A stretch of 64,000 bases of DNA. It comes from a virus (taxonomy: Duplodnaviria > Caudoviricetes). The stretch's first letter is position 1, and every line of letters starts with the position of its first letter. Positions 39,022 through 48,094 of the stretch are shown here, piece by piece. Under the pieces are notes generated by a model, which made no database searches, had not been told where the DNA came from, and worked only from the letters and a program-made list of their open reading frames with translations. The stretch is from IMG/VR virus record IMGVR_UViG_3300013121_000026, positions 96,762-160,761 of that record; one strand, given 5' to 3'. The position numbers were made by a program, and so were the translations under genes.

Positions 39022-39795
39022 ATGAAAGTAGATATTTTAGTTAATAATAGAGTGGTCGATTTTTATCATCATAATGGTAAAATGTTCATCGAGGGAAGAA
39101 AAGGTTCTAAGTATTCCATTAGAATTTTAAATGATAGTTATTCTAGAAAGAAGGTTGTTGTTTCCGTTGATGGCCTGAATGTTATTAGTGGCAATGATGA
39201 ATGGACCAAAGGATACATTCTGGATTCATATAAAACGATTACAATTCCAGGATGGTTGCAAAACGATGCTCAAGCAGCAGAATTTGTGTTTTCTGACATT
39301 AAACAAAGTTACAATAATTACAACGAAAACGCTCAAGAACAAAATGTTGGCGTGATTGGTGTAATGGTATTTGATGAAGTCCCAAGTTACACACTTGGCG
39401 TTGCAAGAGGTGGTGCGCCAATTTATGCTTATAGTTGGAATTTTGTGCCCTCAGCAGAAACAGCATCAGGAATTCCTGCCTCAAGTATGATGCGTAGTTC
39501 TAATTATAATGCTAATTTTTCATCAACTCAAGTAGTTCCTAATAACCTTGCGGGTGAGGCTGATGCTACTTGCAGTCTCGGAACGGGCTGGGGCAATACT
39601 ACTGATTTTGCTACAACGGAAACGTTTTTTAATGCAAAAGAAGCACCATCGAAAACTTTTGTTATCTTTTATGATAGTAGAAAAGGACTGGAGCGCAGAG
39701 GAATTGTTCTAAATAAGGTTATTGCAGAACCAAATCCATTTCCTGGGTATCATTCAGGGTACTGCCCACCGCCAAAGAAAATGGTTAAGAGATGA
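39022..39795 (+). CDS. Hypothetical protein
   Basis: AGGAG RBS; 257-aa ORF. Confidence 0.7.
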   Translation: MKVDILVNNRVVDFYHHNGKMFIEGRKGSKYSIRILNDSYSRKKVVVSVDGLNVISGNDEWTKGYILDSYKTITIPGWLQNDAQAAEFVFSDIKQSYNNYNENAQEQNVGVIGVMVFDEVPSYTLGVARGGAPIYAYSWNFVPSAETASGIPASSMMRSSNYNANFSSTQVVPNNLAGEADATCSLGTGWGNTTDFATTETFFNAKEAPSKTFVIFYDSRKGLERRGIVLNKVIAEPNPFPGYHSGYCPPPKKMVKR

Positions 39796-39959
39796 GCGAT
39801 AGGCTTCCAATAATTCCAAAATTGCCGCCTTTGAGTCCTCATGATATGCCTGGCAATAAAGCAGTTGCTATGTGCGGAGAATGTGGTAGAGTTCTTCATC
39901 AAATTGAAAATTATTACTGTATGAATCCGCGCTGCCCAGTTCAGGTAAGATTTACGTAA
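39792..39959 (+). CDS. 55-aa Zn-finger-like protein
   Basis: CGEC...CMNPRC; ATGA-coupled. Confidence 0.5.
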   Translation: MSDRLPIIPKLPPLSPHDMPGNKAVAMCGECGRVLHQIENYYCMNPRCPVQVRFT

Positions 39960-40002
39960 GGTGTGGGGCAAGTTGCCCCACATTCATATTAATGGAGATA
40001 TA

Positions 40003-40323
40003 ATGTTTCAGACTATATTAAAATCACGCGAACTTAAAATCAGAATATCATCAATTGAAGAAATCGATCATCTCAATAACATCTTTATTGACCATAAACC
40101 GAAGGATGTGTGGTTCTTTAATAAAGTAACTAATCCTGAGACGCAACAATCAATCGTGGTGTTTGTTATTTTTTCAGTTCCACCCAAAATCTTTAATTCA
40201 ACAGACAAGATTCCATATTGGTATGAAGCGTCTGTCGAATTATTGTTGAAAAGTGACAGTAAATGTGCTAAAAAACTTCTATCACATCTACAACCCAAAA
40301 AACCTTGGTGGAGATTCTTTTGA
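40003..40323 (+). CDS. Hypothetical protein
   Basis: GGAG RBS before ATG 40003; ends KKPWWRFF. Confidence 0.5.
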   Translation: MFQTILKSRELKIRISSIEEIDHLNNIFIDHKPKDVWFFNKVTNPETQQSIVVFVIFSVPPKIFNSTDKIPYWYEASVELLLKSDSKCAKKLLSHLQPKKPWWRFF

Positions 40324-40781
40324 AATTTGTTTCAACCAAAGCCTATAAACAGTTAGGACCTGTAGCTTATCGTCAGTGGCGAGCAGATAGTCATTGTAAT
40401 TTGCTCCATGGGTATGCCTTGTCATTTTATTTTGAATTTGAAAGTGACACTCTAGATGTTCGTAATTGGGTTGTTGATTTTGGATCATTAAGACCACTAA
40501 AAGAAAAGTTGGAAGAGTGGTTTGACCATACTCTTCTGGTTGCAGAAGATGATCCCGAGATTGAAACACTTAAATTGCTAGGACAAAAGAAATTAGCTAA
40601 GATTACATTTGTTGAAAAAACTGGATGTGAGGGAATAGCTGATTTTCTTTATCAATACATTAACGAGATTTTATTGCCATCTTATGGTAAGGATGTAGCA
40701 GATAGAATTTGGTGTTGTAAGGTAGAAGTTCGTGAAACAGATTCTAACATGGCAATGAGAGTTGGCCATCGGGATGATTGA
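40320..40781 (+). CDS. queD: 6-carboxytetrahydropterin synthase QueD
   Basis: HCNLLHGY, VVDFG, FDHTLL, GCE; TTG start at 40320. Confidence 0.9.
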   Translation: MKFVSTKAYKQLGPVAYRQWRADSHCNLLHGYALSFYFEFESDTLDVRNWVVDFGSLRPLKEKLEEWFDHTLLVAEDDPEIETLKLLGQKKLAKITFVEKTGCEGIADFLYQYINEILLPSYGKDVADRIWCCKVEVRETDSNMAMRVGHRDD

Positions 40782-41046
40782 TTTTAAATTGGATTCAACA
40801 ATACAAATAGAACATCCTGTTCTTGGAAAGTTAAGACGTTCTGTAGCTGGGATAGCGTATATTTATACGTTTGATACAAAAGGTGCGGTTTACAAACAAA
40901 TTTCTAATATCGGTGAAGATATATTTGTAAAAAAAGATTTCTTTGTAAAAGGAACGACAGTTACGCTAACAGATAAAACCTCTCTTCTTTTGATACCTGA
41001 ATTATATTATTTAACACGAATATTAAGGGAACAAAATGTACTCTGA
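40762..41046 (+). CDS. Hypothetical protein, paralog of the next ORF
   Basis: PVLGK...LLLIPELYYL...QNV. Confidence 0.55.
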   Translation: MAIGMIDFKLDSTIQIEHPVLGKLRRSVAGIAYIYTFDTKGAVYKQISNIGEDIFVKKDFFVKGTTVTLTDKTSLLLIPELYYLTRILREQNVL

Positions 41047-41278
41047 TCCTGTATTGGGAAAGTTTAAATATTGTTCATCTCCTGGCTGTGGCAAAGAATT
41101 TTTATATACTGCTGGTAGCATATACAAAATAATCAATGACATTGGGAATAAAACGAATGGAACCAAAATTTTCTATGAAAGAGGAGCTATTATAAAAGTG
41201 GATGATGAAACTTTTTTACTTTTGATACCCGAACTCTTTTACTTACCAGTTACACTAAGAGGACAAAATGTTTGGTAA
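41036..41278 (+). CDS. Hypothetical protein, paralog of the previous ORF
   Basis: PVLGK...LLLIPELFYL...QNV. Confidence 0.55.
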   Translation: MYSDPVLGKFKYCSSPGCGKEFLYTAGSIYKIINDIGNKTNGTKIFYERGAIIKVDDETFLLLIPELFYLPVTLRGQNVW

Positions 41279-42122
41279 TAATCAAATCACAGGTCAGAAA
41301 TTTTTTGAACAAGCAGATGAGAAACTGCTAGTTACTTCAATTTTCTATACCGTGCAGGGAGAAGGACCTCTAATGGGTCGCCCTTCTGTTTTTGTTCGAC
41401 TTTCGAAGTGCAATTTAAATTGTAATTTTTGTGACACCTATTTTGATAATGGCGAGTGGCTTTCTATTAAGGAAATCGAAAACAAAATAACTGAGGCGAT
41501 TACCACAACATTCAATGGTGATATTCCCGATTACCTTAAGCTTCGCCCAAATAAAAGATATTTCGGAAACATTGCCTTAGTTATTACAGGCGGCGAACCA
41601 ATGCTGCAAAAAAACATCAAGTTACTTACAGACTGGGGAGTAGAGAAATTTGATTGTGTTCAGATTGAAAGCAATGGCATCTTGTTTCAGGACATTGCGC
41701 CTTCAACTGTTTTGGTAGTAAGCCCAAAGTGTTCCGAAAAAACAAATAAATACATCAAACCCCACGCAAAGTCACTTAAACATGCAACTGCTTTAAAGTT
41801 TGTGATTTCCGCTGATCCTTCTTCCCCGTATCATACAATACCCGACTGGGCATTTGATTGGAAGAAAGAAGTACCGAGAAGTTGGAGAGAAAGAGAGATA
41901 TTTATTTCACCAATGAATGTTTACAATAAGAAGCCTTCTTGGGATAATCAAAATTTGACATTGGAACAGAGATCAACTATAAGTGAAAAGTCTAGTTTTT
42001 GGGATCCCGGTGTTCTCAATTTAGAAGAAAATAAAAAGAACCATGAGTATGTAGGATCCTATGCGTTAAAGCATAATCTAAGAGTTAATTTACAGATGCA
42101 GATTTATTTAGGGATGACATGA
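41268..42122 (+). CDS. queE: 7-carboxy-7-deazaguanine synthase QueE (radical SAM)
   Basis: TVQGEG, CNLNCNFCDT, TGGEP, ESNG, SPK. Confidence 0.93.
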   Translation: MFGNNQITGQKFFEQADEKLLVTSIFYTVQGEGPLMGRPSVFVRLSKCNLNCNFCDTYFDNGEWLSIKEIENKITEAITTTFNGDIPDYLKLRPNKRYFGNIALVITGGEPMLQKNIKLLTDWGVEKFDCVQIESNGILFQDIAPSTVLVVSPKCSEKTNKYIKPHAKSLKHATALKFVISADPSSPYHTIPDWAFDWKKEVPRSWREREIFISPMNVYNKKPSWDNQNLTLEQRSTISEKSSFWDPGVLNLEENKKNHEYVGSYALKHNLRVNLQMQIYLGMT

Positions 42123-42565
42123 AAACATTATATGTTAATAGACCAGTACTAAATGGTGATGAGATTAGAAAGTGGGCTTTAGAACAAGGATTTTCTAAGA
42201 CATTAGAACCAAGAGAAATGCACGTAACAATTGCCTTTTCAAAGAAGGAATTAAATTGGGGATCACTAGTTAGTAATAACAAAAAACTAACAGTTAATGG
42301 TGGCGAAAGAGAACTAAAACCTCTAGGCAACGAAGGTGCAATTGTTTTAAAATTTGAAAGCGACGTCTTACATAATGAATGGAAGTATTTCATTGATAAT
42401 GGTGCTTCTTGGGATTGGCCCGAGTATCAGGCTCACATTACAATTACATACTCGGGTCACCCAAATATTAAAAGTGTAATCCCATACCAGGGTCCTATTG
42501 TTCTTGGTGGACAGGAATTCAAAGAAGTTAATTTAAATTGGAACAAAGAAATTAAAGAAGTATGA
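42119..42565 (+). CDS. acb1: Anti-CBASS Acb1-like 2H phosphodiesterase
   Basis: LYVNR, HVTIAFS and HITITY (two HxT motifs), SWDWPEY. Confidence 0.8.
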   Translation: MKTLYVNRPVLNGDEIRKWALEQGFSKTLEPREMHVTIAFSKKELNWGSLVSNNKKLTVNGGERELKPLGNEGAIVLKFESDVLHNEWKYFIDNGASWDWPEYQAHITITYSGHPNIKSVIPYQGPIVLGGQEFKEVNLNWNKEIKEV

Positions 42566-42602
42566 TATTAGACAATATTAGAAAAGTTATGAAGGAGAAT
42601 AA

Positions 42603-43580
42603 ATGACTGGTCCTTTTAGGAAAATGGGGGAGAATGTTCCTTATAATGATTACTCATCAAAGATGAGTGATTTGAGTTTTAAGTATGATGAAAATTTTGT
42701 TCCAGATCAGTTGCCGGATCCTCAAATTGATCCAATTTTAGTTGGAGCAAAAATTCCGATTCGTAAAGTTGGAATTGCACCTGTTGATCTCCCAATTGTT
42801 GTTAAGCGTCGAGATGGAACAACTCAAATTTTACAGGCACGGGCATCGCTATATTGCTCGCTTGATAGTCCTGAAGCAAAGGGATTAAATTTATCAAGAT
42901 TGTATTTAATCATGCATGACACGGTTAAAGATCATTTAACAATTGATGGTATACAACAGGCACTTAAAACACTGGCTGACAAACAACAATCCTCGAATGC
43001 TTACTGTAAATTAAGATTTAAGTATCCTTGGTTTCAAAATAGTCTAAGATCAACAGATACAAACGGAAACAAATTACGCGGACATATTACTTATGATACA
43101 GAGATTGAGGGTCGTTATCACAATGGTCAGTATAAATTTTTCTTAACAATTAAATACATATACTCTTCGACGTGTCCATGTTCTTTTGAGTTAGCATATG
43201 ATGCAAGAACAAAAAGACAGGCTGCAGCAAATGCACACAGTCAACGATCTATTTTGACAGTTACAGTTCAGTTTGATCCCAGTAACATTGTCTGGATTGA
43301 GGATTTGGTCGAGTTGTGTCGTGAAATAATTCCAACAGAAGTACAGGTTGTTGTTAAAAGAGCTGATGAACAGGCATTTGCTGAATTAAATGGAAGCAAT
43401 CTGTTGTTTTCAGAAGATGCATGTCGTTTAATGTATCAAGGATTAGATAAATGGTTTGATAGTAAACGAATTAGTGACTTTGTTATTGTTGTTGAACATC
43501 TAGAATCACTGCACCCATGGGAAGCAGTAGCTGTAACGAGTAAATTTGATTTCGAGAACGAAAATAACAAATTGAGATGA
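42603..43580 (+). CDS. folE2: GTP cyclohydrolase IB (FolE2/MptA type)
   Basis: LPDPQ, KVGI, KGLNLSR, STCPCS, AHSQRS, VKRADEQAFA, ESLH. Confidence 0.92.
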   Translation: MTGPFRKMGENVPYNDYSSKMSDLSFKYDENFVPDQLPDPQIDPILVGAKIPIRKVGIAPVDLPIVVKRRDGTTQILQARASLYCSLDSPEAKGLNLSRLYLIMHDTVKDHLTIDGIQQALKTLADKQQSSNAYCKLRFKYPWFQNSLRSTDTNGNKLRGHITYDTEIEGRYHNGQYKFFLTIKYIYSSTCPCSFELAYDARTKRQAAANAHSQRSILTVTVQFDPSNIVWIEDLVELCREIIPTEVQVVVKRADEQAFAELNGSNLLFSEDACRLMYQGLDKWFDSKRISDFVIVVEHLESLHPWEAVAVTSKFDFENENNKLR

Positions 43581-43590
43581 GGACTTAATT

Positions 43591-43878
43591 ATGGCTTATA
43601 CACATGAATACATTGAGCAAAGTAAACATCGGGACCCAACAGAGACTAGAACGAAATTTATTTTACAAACACTAACTCGTGTATCTCGACTAACAAGTCG
43701 AGATATTTCTTCAAGAGCAAAGGAACACGCCAAGGTTAATGGATACGCTGCAACAACATATGCCAGAGATCTTGATGGATTGGTATATCGAAGCCTTATC
43801 ATTAAAGATGGATCATATTATATGATATCTGAAAATGGCAAACGATGGTTAGCAATAAGAGAAAACAATAATGTTTGA
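43591..43878 (+). CDS. Possible winged-helix DNA-binding protein
   Basis: LDGLVYRSLIIKDGSYYMISENGKRWL. Confidence 0.45.
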   Translation: MAYTHEYIEQSKHRDPTETRTKFILQTLTRVSRLTSRDISSRAKEHAKVNGYAATTYARDLDGLVYRSLIIKDGSYYMISENGKRWLAIRENNNV

Positions 43879-44233
43879 GAGATCAATATACGTAACATTT
43901 CAAAGAGAAGGAATTCACAAATATCCAGCAGCAGCAAATATTGCTGGTGTTGAATTTCTTGCTAATGAACATCGTCATATCTTTCATTTTAAAGTAATGA
44001 TACAAGTTTTTCATGATGACCGAGATATTGAATTCATTCTTTTTAAGAGAGAATTGGAATCGATATTTGGAGATCAGCTTTCAGTGAACAATAAATCATG
44101 TGAAATGCTGGCAACTGATCTAATAAATTATTTGATAAATAAGTACACAAACCGCTCAGTTGAAGTAACTGTTTCAGAAGATGGTGAAAATGGAGCCATT
44201 GTTAAGTATAACGCTAAAGGAGTAGATCAGTGA
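43871..44233 (+). CDS. QueD-like T-fold protein, DpdL-like (candidate CDG decarboxylase)
   Basis: LANEHRHIF fits LxxxHRHxF; SCE and SEDGENGA T-fold motifs; cluster context. Confidence 0.65.
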   Translation: MFERSIYVTFQREGIHKYPAAANIAGVEFLANEHRHIFHFKVMIQVFHDDRDIEFILFKRELESIFGDQLSVNNKSCEMLATDLINYLINKYTNRSVEVTVSEDGENGAIVKYNAKGVDQ

Positions 44234-44430
44234 AAAAAGCAAAAGAATTTATGGTTCATCCTAATTATATTGAAGCCCATTCAATCGAGGGATCGAAAGG
44301 AAAATTTCATGTTAAAAAAATCGGATCGAAGGTTAGTCATGTTAAGGTCGGTGATATAATAACATCTTCCGATTTGGATGATCTTCATGACACAGGACAC
44401 AAAGTAAAAGAAGTATGGAAAAAGAAATAA
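44230..44430 (+). CDS. Small basic hypothetical protein
   Basis: Coupled ORF. Confidence 0.5.
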   Translation: MKKAKEFMVHPNYIEAHSIEGSKGKFHVKKIGSKVSHVKVGDIITSSDLDDLHDTGHKVKEVWKKK

Positions 44431-44433
44431 ATC

Positions 44434-45300
44434 ATGAAATTTTGTCATATTGTACCAACAGATTATTTGCAATCTGTTGGTAAATTTTCTACATGTTTTT
44501 TGTCTTTGGCTCATTTAATTGAACAAGATCAGGCTTATGTTGATTACCATCTTCAGCTTTATAAATTATTAGACAAACAAAACACAAAATACGTAAAGAT
44601 TATGGACAATTCTGGATATGAGTTCTTTAAAATTCATGGTCCAGGATATGTATTTGATCCTGACAAGCTGTTACCATTAGCCGAAAAAATTAATGCTGAA
44701 TATGTTGTTATGCCGGATTATCCTGGCGAACATGCCGATAAAACGATCGAACAGTATGAAAAATATCATCGAACGTTTATTGATAACCAATATAAAACGT
44801 TTTTTTGCCCCCAAAGTGAATCTGGTAATCTTAAACAATACATCGATTGTTGGAAATGGGCCATTGAACAACCAACAATAGGATATATTGGATTATCAAT
44901 TCTTGCTGCACCTTTAGCGTTTGGTATTGAACATGTTAAATTTCAACGTTATTTGGCCAGATTTGAGATTATGGAAATCCTATACGACGAAGGAATTCTT
45001 GATAAAATTAAAACAGGAAACAAGAAAATTCATTTTCTTGGTATGCTTGATGGTCCTAATGAAATTTCATTGGTCAGAAAATTTCACTCATATATTGATT
45101 CGTGGGATTCATCGATAGCTGGATGGGCCGGAATTAATGATGTAGTATTTGATAATAGTCCAACGGGATTAATAAATGGAAAAGTAGAGCTGCCTGTTGA
45201 TTTTTCAGCAAAGTATGATGAAAGTAAAATACCAAATATTCTATTAAATATTCAATACATGGATGAAAAAATCAATAATAATGAAACACGTAATTTCTGA
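44434..45300 (+). CDS. TGT/DpdA-like TIM-barrel protein (DpdA3-like candidate)
   Basis: IMDNSGYE, MPD, IHFLG, SWDSS resemble the transglycosylase DSG/HxxG/DS motifs; inside the que cluster. Confidence 0.6.
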   Translation: MKFCHIVPTDYLQSVGKFSTCFLSLAHLIEQDQAYVDYHLQLYKLLDKQNTKYVKIMDNSGYEFFKIHGPGYVFDPDKLLPLAEKINAEYVVMPDYPGEHADKTIEQYEKYHRTFIDNQYKTFFCPQSESGNLKQYIDCWKWAIEQPTIGYIGLSILAAPLAFGIEHVKFQRYLARFEIMEILYDEGILDKIKTGNKKIHFLGMLDGPNEISLVRKFHSYIDSWDSSIAGWAGINDVVFDNSPTGLINGKVELPVDFSAKYDESKIPNILLNIQYMDEKINNNETRNF

Positions 45301-45763
45301 TAACAGCAAATCAACGATAACAAACACATCACATATAAATATTCAACCAAATGCAATTGATCTATGCATCAATGAAGTTTTCACTCTTAGTGGACAATTT
45401 ACACTTTCAGAACAGTCAAAAACACACAGAAAATATCAAAAACTGAGTACTGACGAAGACAATTATTGGGATCTTCTTCCTGGTGATTATGATTTTTTAA
45501 CTAGTCATTATATTAATATAGCAGATGGTGAGGCGGGTTGGTTGATTGCTCGTTCAACGCTCAATCGAAATGGGGTGTTTATTACATCGGGTCTTTATGA
45601 TGCGGGGTTTAATGGTTTGATTGGTGGAACACTTCATGTTGGATGTGGCCCATTTCGGGTTCAACGTGGAACCCGAATAGGACAATTTTTATTGTTTGAG
45701 GCTGAAACGATTCATCTTTATGACGGTTCATATGGAATAGATAAGGAAAATGGAAGAAAATGA
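45263..45763 (+). CDS. Trimeric dUTPase / dCTP deaminase family protein
   Basis: QPNAIDL, RSTLNRNG, LYDAGFNG, RIGQ, YDGSYG. Confidence 0.85.
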   Translation: MKKSIIMKHVISDNSKSTITNTSHINIQPNAIDLCINEVFTLSGQFTLSEQSKTHRKYQKLSTDEDNYWDLLPGDYDFLTSHYINIADGEAGWLIARSTLNRNGVFITSGLYDAGFNGLIGGTLHVGCGPFRVQRGTRIGQFLLFEAETIHLYDGSYGIDKENGRK

Positions 45764-46092
45764 CTGAGTTTAAATACAAAGAAGATGATCTCCTTAAAGA
45801 AATTGAGCACTATGTTCATAACACATATCAATCTCATTATGTTGGCGAAAATAAAACACAAGCACTAGACTTGATTTTTTCAACTGGTCATGGTCTTGGT
45901 TTTTGTATTGGTAATATATTAAAATATGGTGCTAGATATGGAAAGAAAGATGGTCATAACAGAAAAGATCTTCTGAAAATCCTGCATTATTCCTTGCTGG
46001 CGTTATACTGTCATGACCAAGAAAATCCAGAAACTTTAGAAGATAAGCCTTTAATAACAAACTACAGAAAAATTGGGCGTCATAACGCATGA
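45760..46092 (+). CDS. DUF3310-like protein
   Basis: TYQSHY, GFCIGNILKYGARYGKKDG, DLLKILHY. Confidence 0.75.
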   Translation: MTEFKYKEDDLLKEIEHYVHNTYQSHYVGENKTQALDLIFSTGHGLGFCIGNILKYGARYGKKDGHNRKDLLKILHYSLLALYCHDQENPETLEDKPLITNYRKIGRHNA

Positions 46093-46343
46093 ACAATAAA
46101 TTTTGTATCACATGCCAATGGTATGTAATTAGAGGACATGGTGATTGTTTGTGTGGAAGACCGCCTGAATACGGCAAGGTAAATTTAGTTAATGGCAAAA
46201 TTACAATACTTCACGAGCGCAAATGTGAAGATGAAAGAAGTACAGAAAGCATCCAGGTAGTTAATAAAACAAATACTGGATTTGCTACAGTTCATGTTTG
46301 TGGTGAAGAAGGTAGATTTTATTTTAAAAAGGAGATTAGATAA
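46089..46343 (+). CDS. Cys-rich hypothetical protein
   Basis: CITC...C...C...CGEEGRFY. Confidence 0.55.
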   Translation: MNNKFCITCQWYVIRGHGDCLCGRPPEYGKVNLVNGKITILHERKCEDERSTESIQVVNKTNTGFATVHVCGEEGRFYFKKEIR

Positions 46344-46475
46344 TGAAGTGGGGAATTTCAGTTGCAGTAGCAATCGTATTGGCATTGTTCACTATGGCTA
46401 AGTACAACACGTTTGTTGGGCTTGAAGAAAAGGTCAATCAGACTTATTCTCAGGTTCAAAACGTTATGCAACGCC
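46326..46475 (+). repeat. 150-bp direct repeat of the lemA 5' end (second copy 48078..48233)
   Basis: Copies differ by 4 substitutions and one 6-bp indel. Confidence 0.92.
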
Positions 46476-46485
46476 TGAAACTTTT

Positions 46486-47526
46486 TTGGGTGATAATACC
46501 GAGAATGGTAAATTGTTGATGGCCCTGCGTCGGGAATGTCGAGGGCTGGTCTTTGACCAAAATGGTCAGATCATTTCTCGGCGTCTCCATAAGTTTTTTA
46601 ATGTGATGGAGAAGTTGGAAACTCAAATCGAGAATATCAATTTTGATTGTTCTCATGTTATTCTGGAAAAACTTGATGGTTCTATGATTACTCCCATTCC
46701 CATTGATGGAAATATTCGATGGGGCACTAAGATGGGTATTACTGATGTGTCGATGAATGCCGAAGTCTTTGTTGTGAACAATAGTGGGTATATTGATTTT
46801 GCCGAATATTGCATCAATATTGGTGTAACTCCCATTTTCGAATGGTGTTCTAGAAAGAATCGAATTGTAGTTGATTATCCGCAAGATCGATTGGTTCTCA
46901 TTGCTGTTAGAGATAATTCGACGGGTAAATATTCTTCTTATGAAGAAATGGTAAAGTATGCAACTGACTATAATTTGGACCTAGTGAAAGTTTATCCGGG
47001 CAATGTTAATTCGTTGAATCATCTTATGGATGAAACTCGCGGAGCAGAAGGCATTGAAGGATGGGTTCTTCGTTTTGATGATGGTCATATGGTCAAAATT
47101 AAAGGTGAATGGTATGTAAAAATTCACAAAAATAAGGATAACTTGAATTATGAGAAACGTCTAATTGACCTCATAATCAACAATAAAGTGGATGATATTA
47201 AACCTTTTCTTCTTAAAGAAGACAAAGAAAAGGTTGAAAATTTTGAAAAAGATTTTTGGCACGGATTTGAAAGTAAACGCAAAGAACTTGAGATTGCTCT
47301 TGGCGAATACACTAAATCTTATGACAGAAAGTCTTTTGCTACTGAAGTTGCTCCCAACTTGGACGTAATGATCAAATCTATAATGTTTGCTTGTTGGGAT
47401 GGTAAAAATTCGATTGAACAAATGATGTTAAACACTATTCAAAGGAATCTTTCGACCCAAGAAAAATTAAATGCTGTTCGCGTTCTTTGGGGTGATTTGA
47501 AATGGGAGTATTCTTCTAATGACTGA
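46486..47526 (+). CDS. rnlA: RNA ligase 1 (T4 RnlA-like), probably N-terminally shortened
   Basis: RECRGLVFD, KFFN, EKLDGS, FEW, NRIVVDY, EGWV, KIKGEWY. Confidence 0.9.
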   Translation: MGDNTENGKLLMALRRECRGLVFDQNGQIISRRLHKFFNVMEKLETQIENINFDCSHVILEKLDGSMITPIPIDGNIRWGTKMGITDVSMNAEVFVVNNSGYIDFAEYCINIGVTPIFEWCSRKNRIVVDYPQDRLVLIAVRDNSTGKYSSYEEMVKYATDYNLDLVKVYPGNVNSLNHLMDETRGAEGIEGWVLRFDDGHMVKIKGEWYVKIHKNKDNLNYEKRLIDLIINNKVDDIKPFLLKEDKEKVENFEKDFWHGFESKRKELEIALGEYTKSYDRKSFATEVAPNLDVMIKSIMFACWDGKNSIEQMMLNTIQRNLSTQEKLNAVRVLWGDLKWEYSSND

Positions 47527-48058
47527 TATTTGGTTTATTTCGGATACACATTTCAATCATAGTAATATTCTGAATTTTACTGATTCAGAAGGTAAAAAGT
47601 TTCGCGGAGATATTTTCTCTGATACGGAACACATGAATGAAACTATGATTGAAAATTGGAACAAAATGGTGAAGCCCACCGATAAGATTTATCATCTAGG
47701 TGATGTTTACTTTGGTAATGATCAGGCGGCAAATAATATTCTGAGACGACTCAACGGCCATAAAAGACTAATCATTGGAAACCACGATAAGGTTCACAAG
47801 AAGTCTATTCTTCTCGATCATTTCGATAGTGTTAAGATGTGGTGGCCATTTGAGGGTATGATCTTTACTCACGTTCCAATTCCTAGGCTTCACATGAGAA
47901 CAAGGTCTGGAAGTGGGTTCAATTTTCATGGGCATACGCACCAAAATCCTCCTGCGACCGAATTTCATTTCAATCTTAGTGTGGAGAGGATTAATTTTAC
48001 GCCAATACACCTTGATGAACTGAAAAAAATAGCTAAAATAGGTACTACTGAGTTTTGA
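47519..48058 (+). CDS. Calcineurin-like metallophosphoesterase
   Basis: SDTHFNH, HLGD, GNHD, THVP, HGHTH. Confidence 0.9.
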   Translation: MTDIWFISDTHFNHSNILNFTDSEGKKFRGDIFSDTEHMNETMIENWNKMVKPTDKIYHLGDVYFGNDQAANNILRRLNGHKRLIIGNHDKVHKKSILLDHFDSVKMWWPFEGMIFTHVPIPRLHMRTRSGSGFNFHGHTHQNPPATEFHFNLSVERINFTPIHLDELKKIAKIGTTEF

Positions 48059-48094
48059 AAGTGAAGTGAATCTATTAAAAAAGGAGATTAGATA

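Noticed and set aside
39962-39982. Palindrome TGTGGGGCAA-G-TTGCCCCACA as terminator or mobile-element end
   Set aside because: No U-tract and no second copy seen; function cannot be supported.
46478-46489. Programmed -1 frameshift fusing the lemA stub to RNA ligase
   Set aside because: CTT TTT TGG is not a canonical slippery heptamer in that frame; TGATG coupling at 46517-46521 is the simpler explanation.
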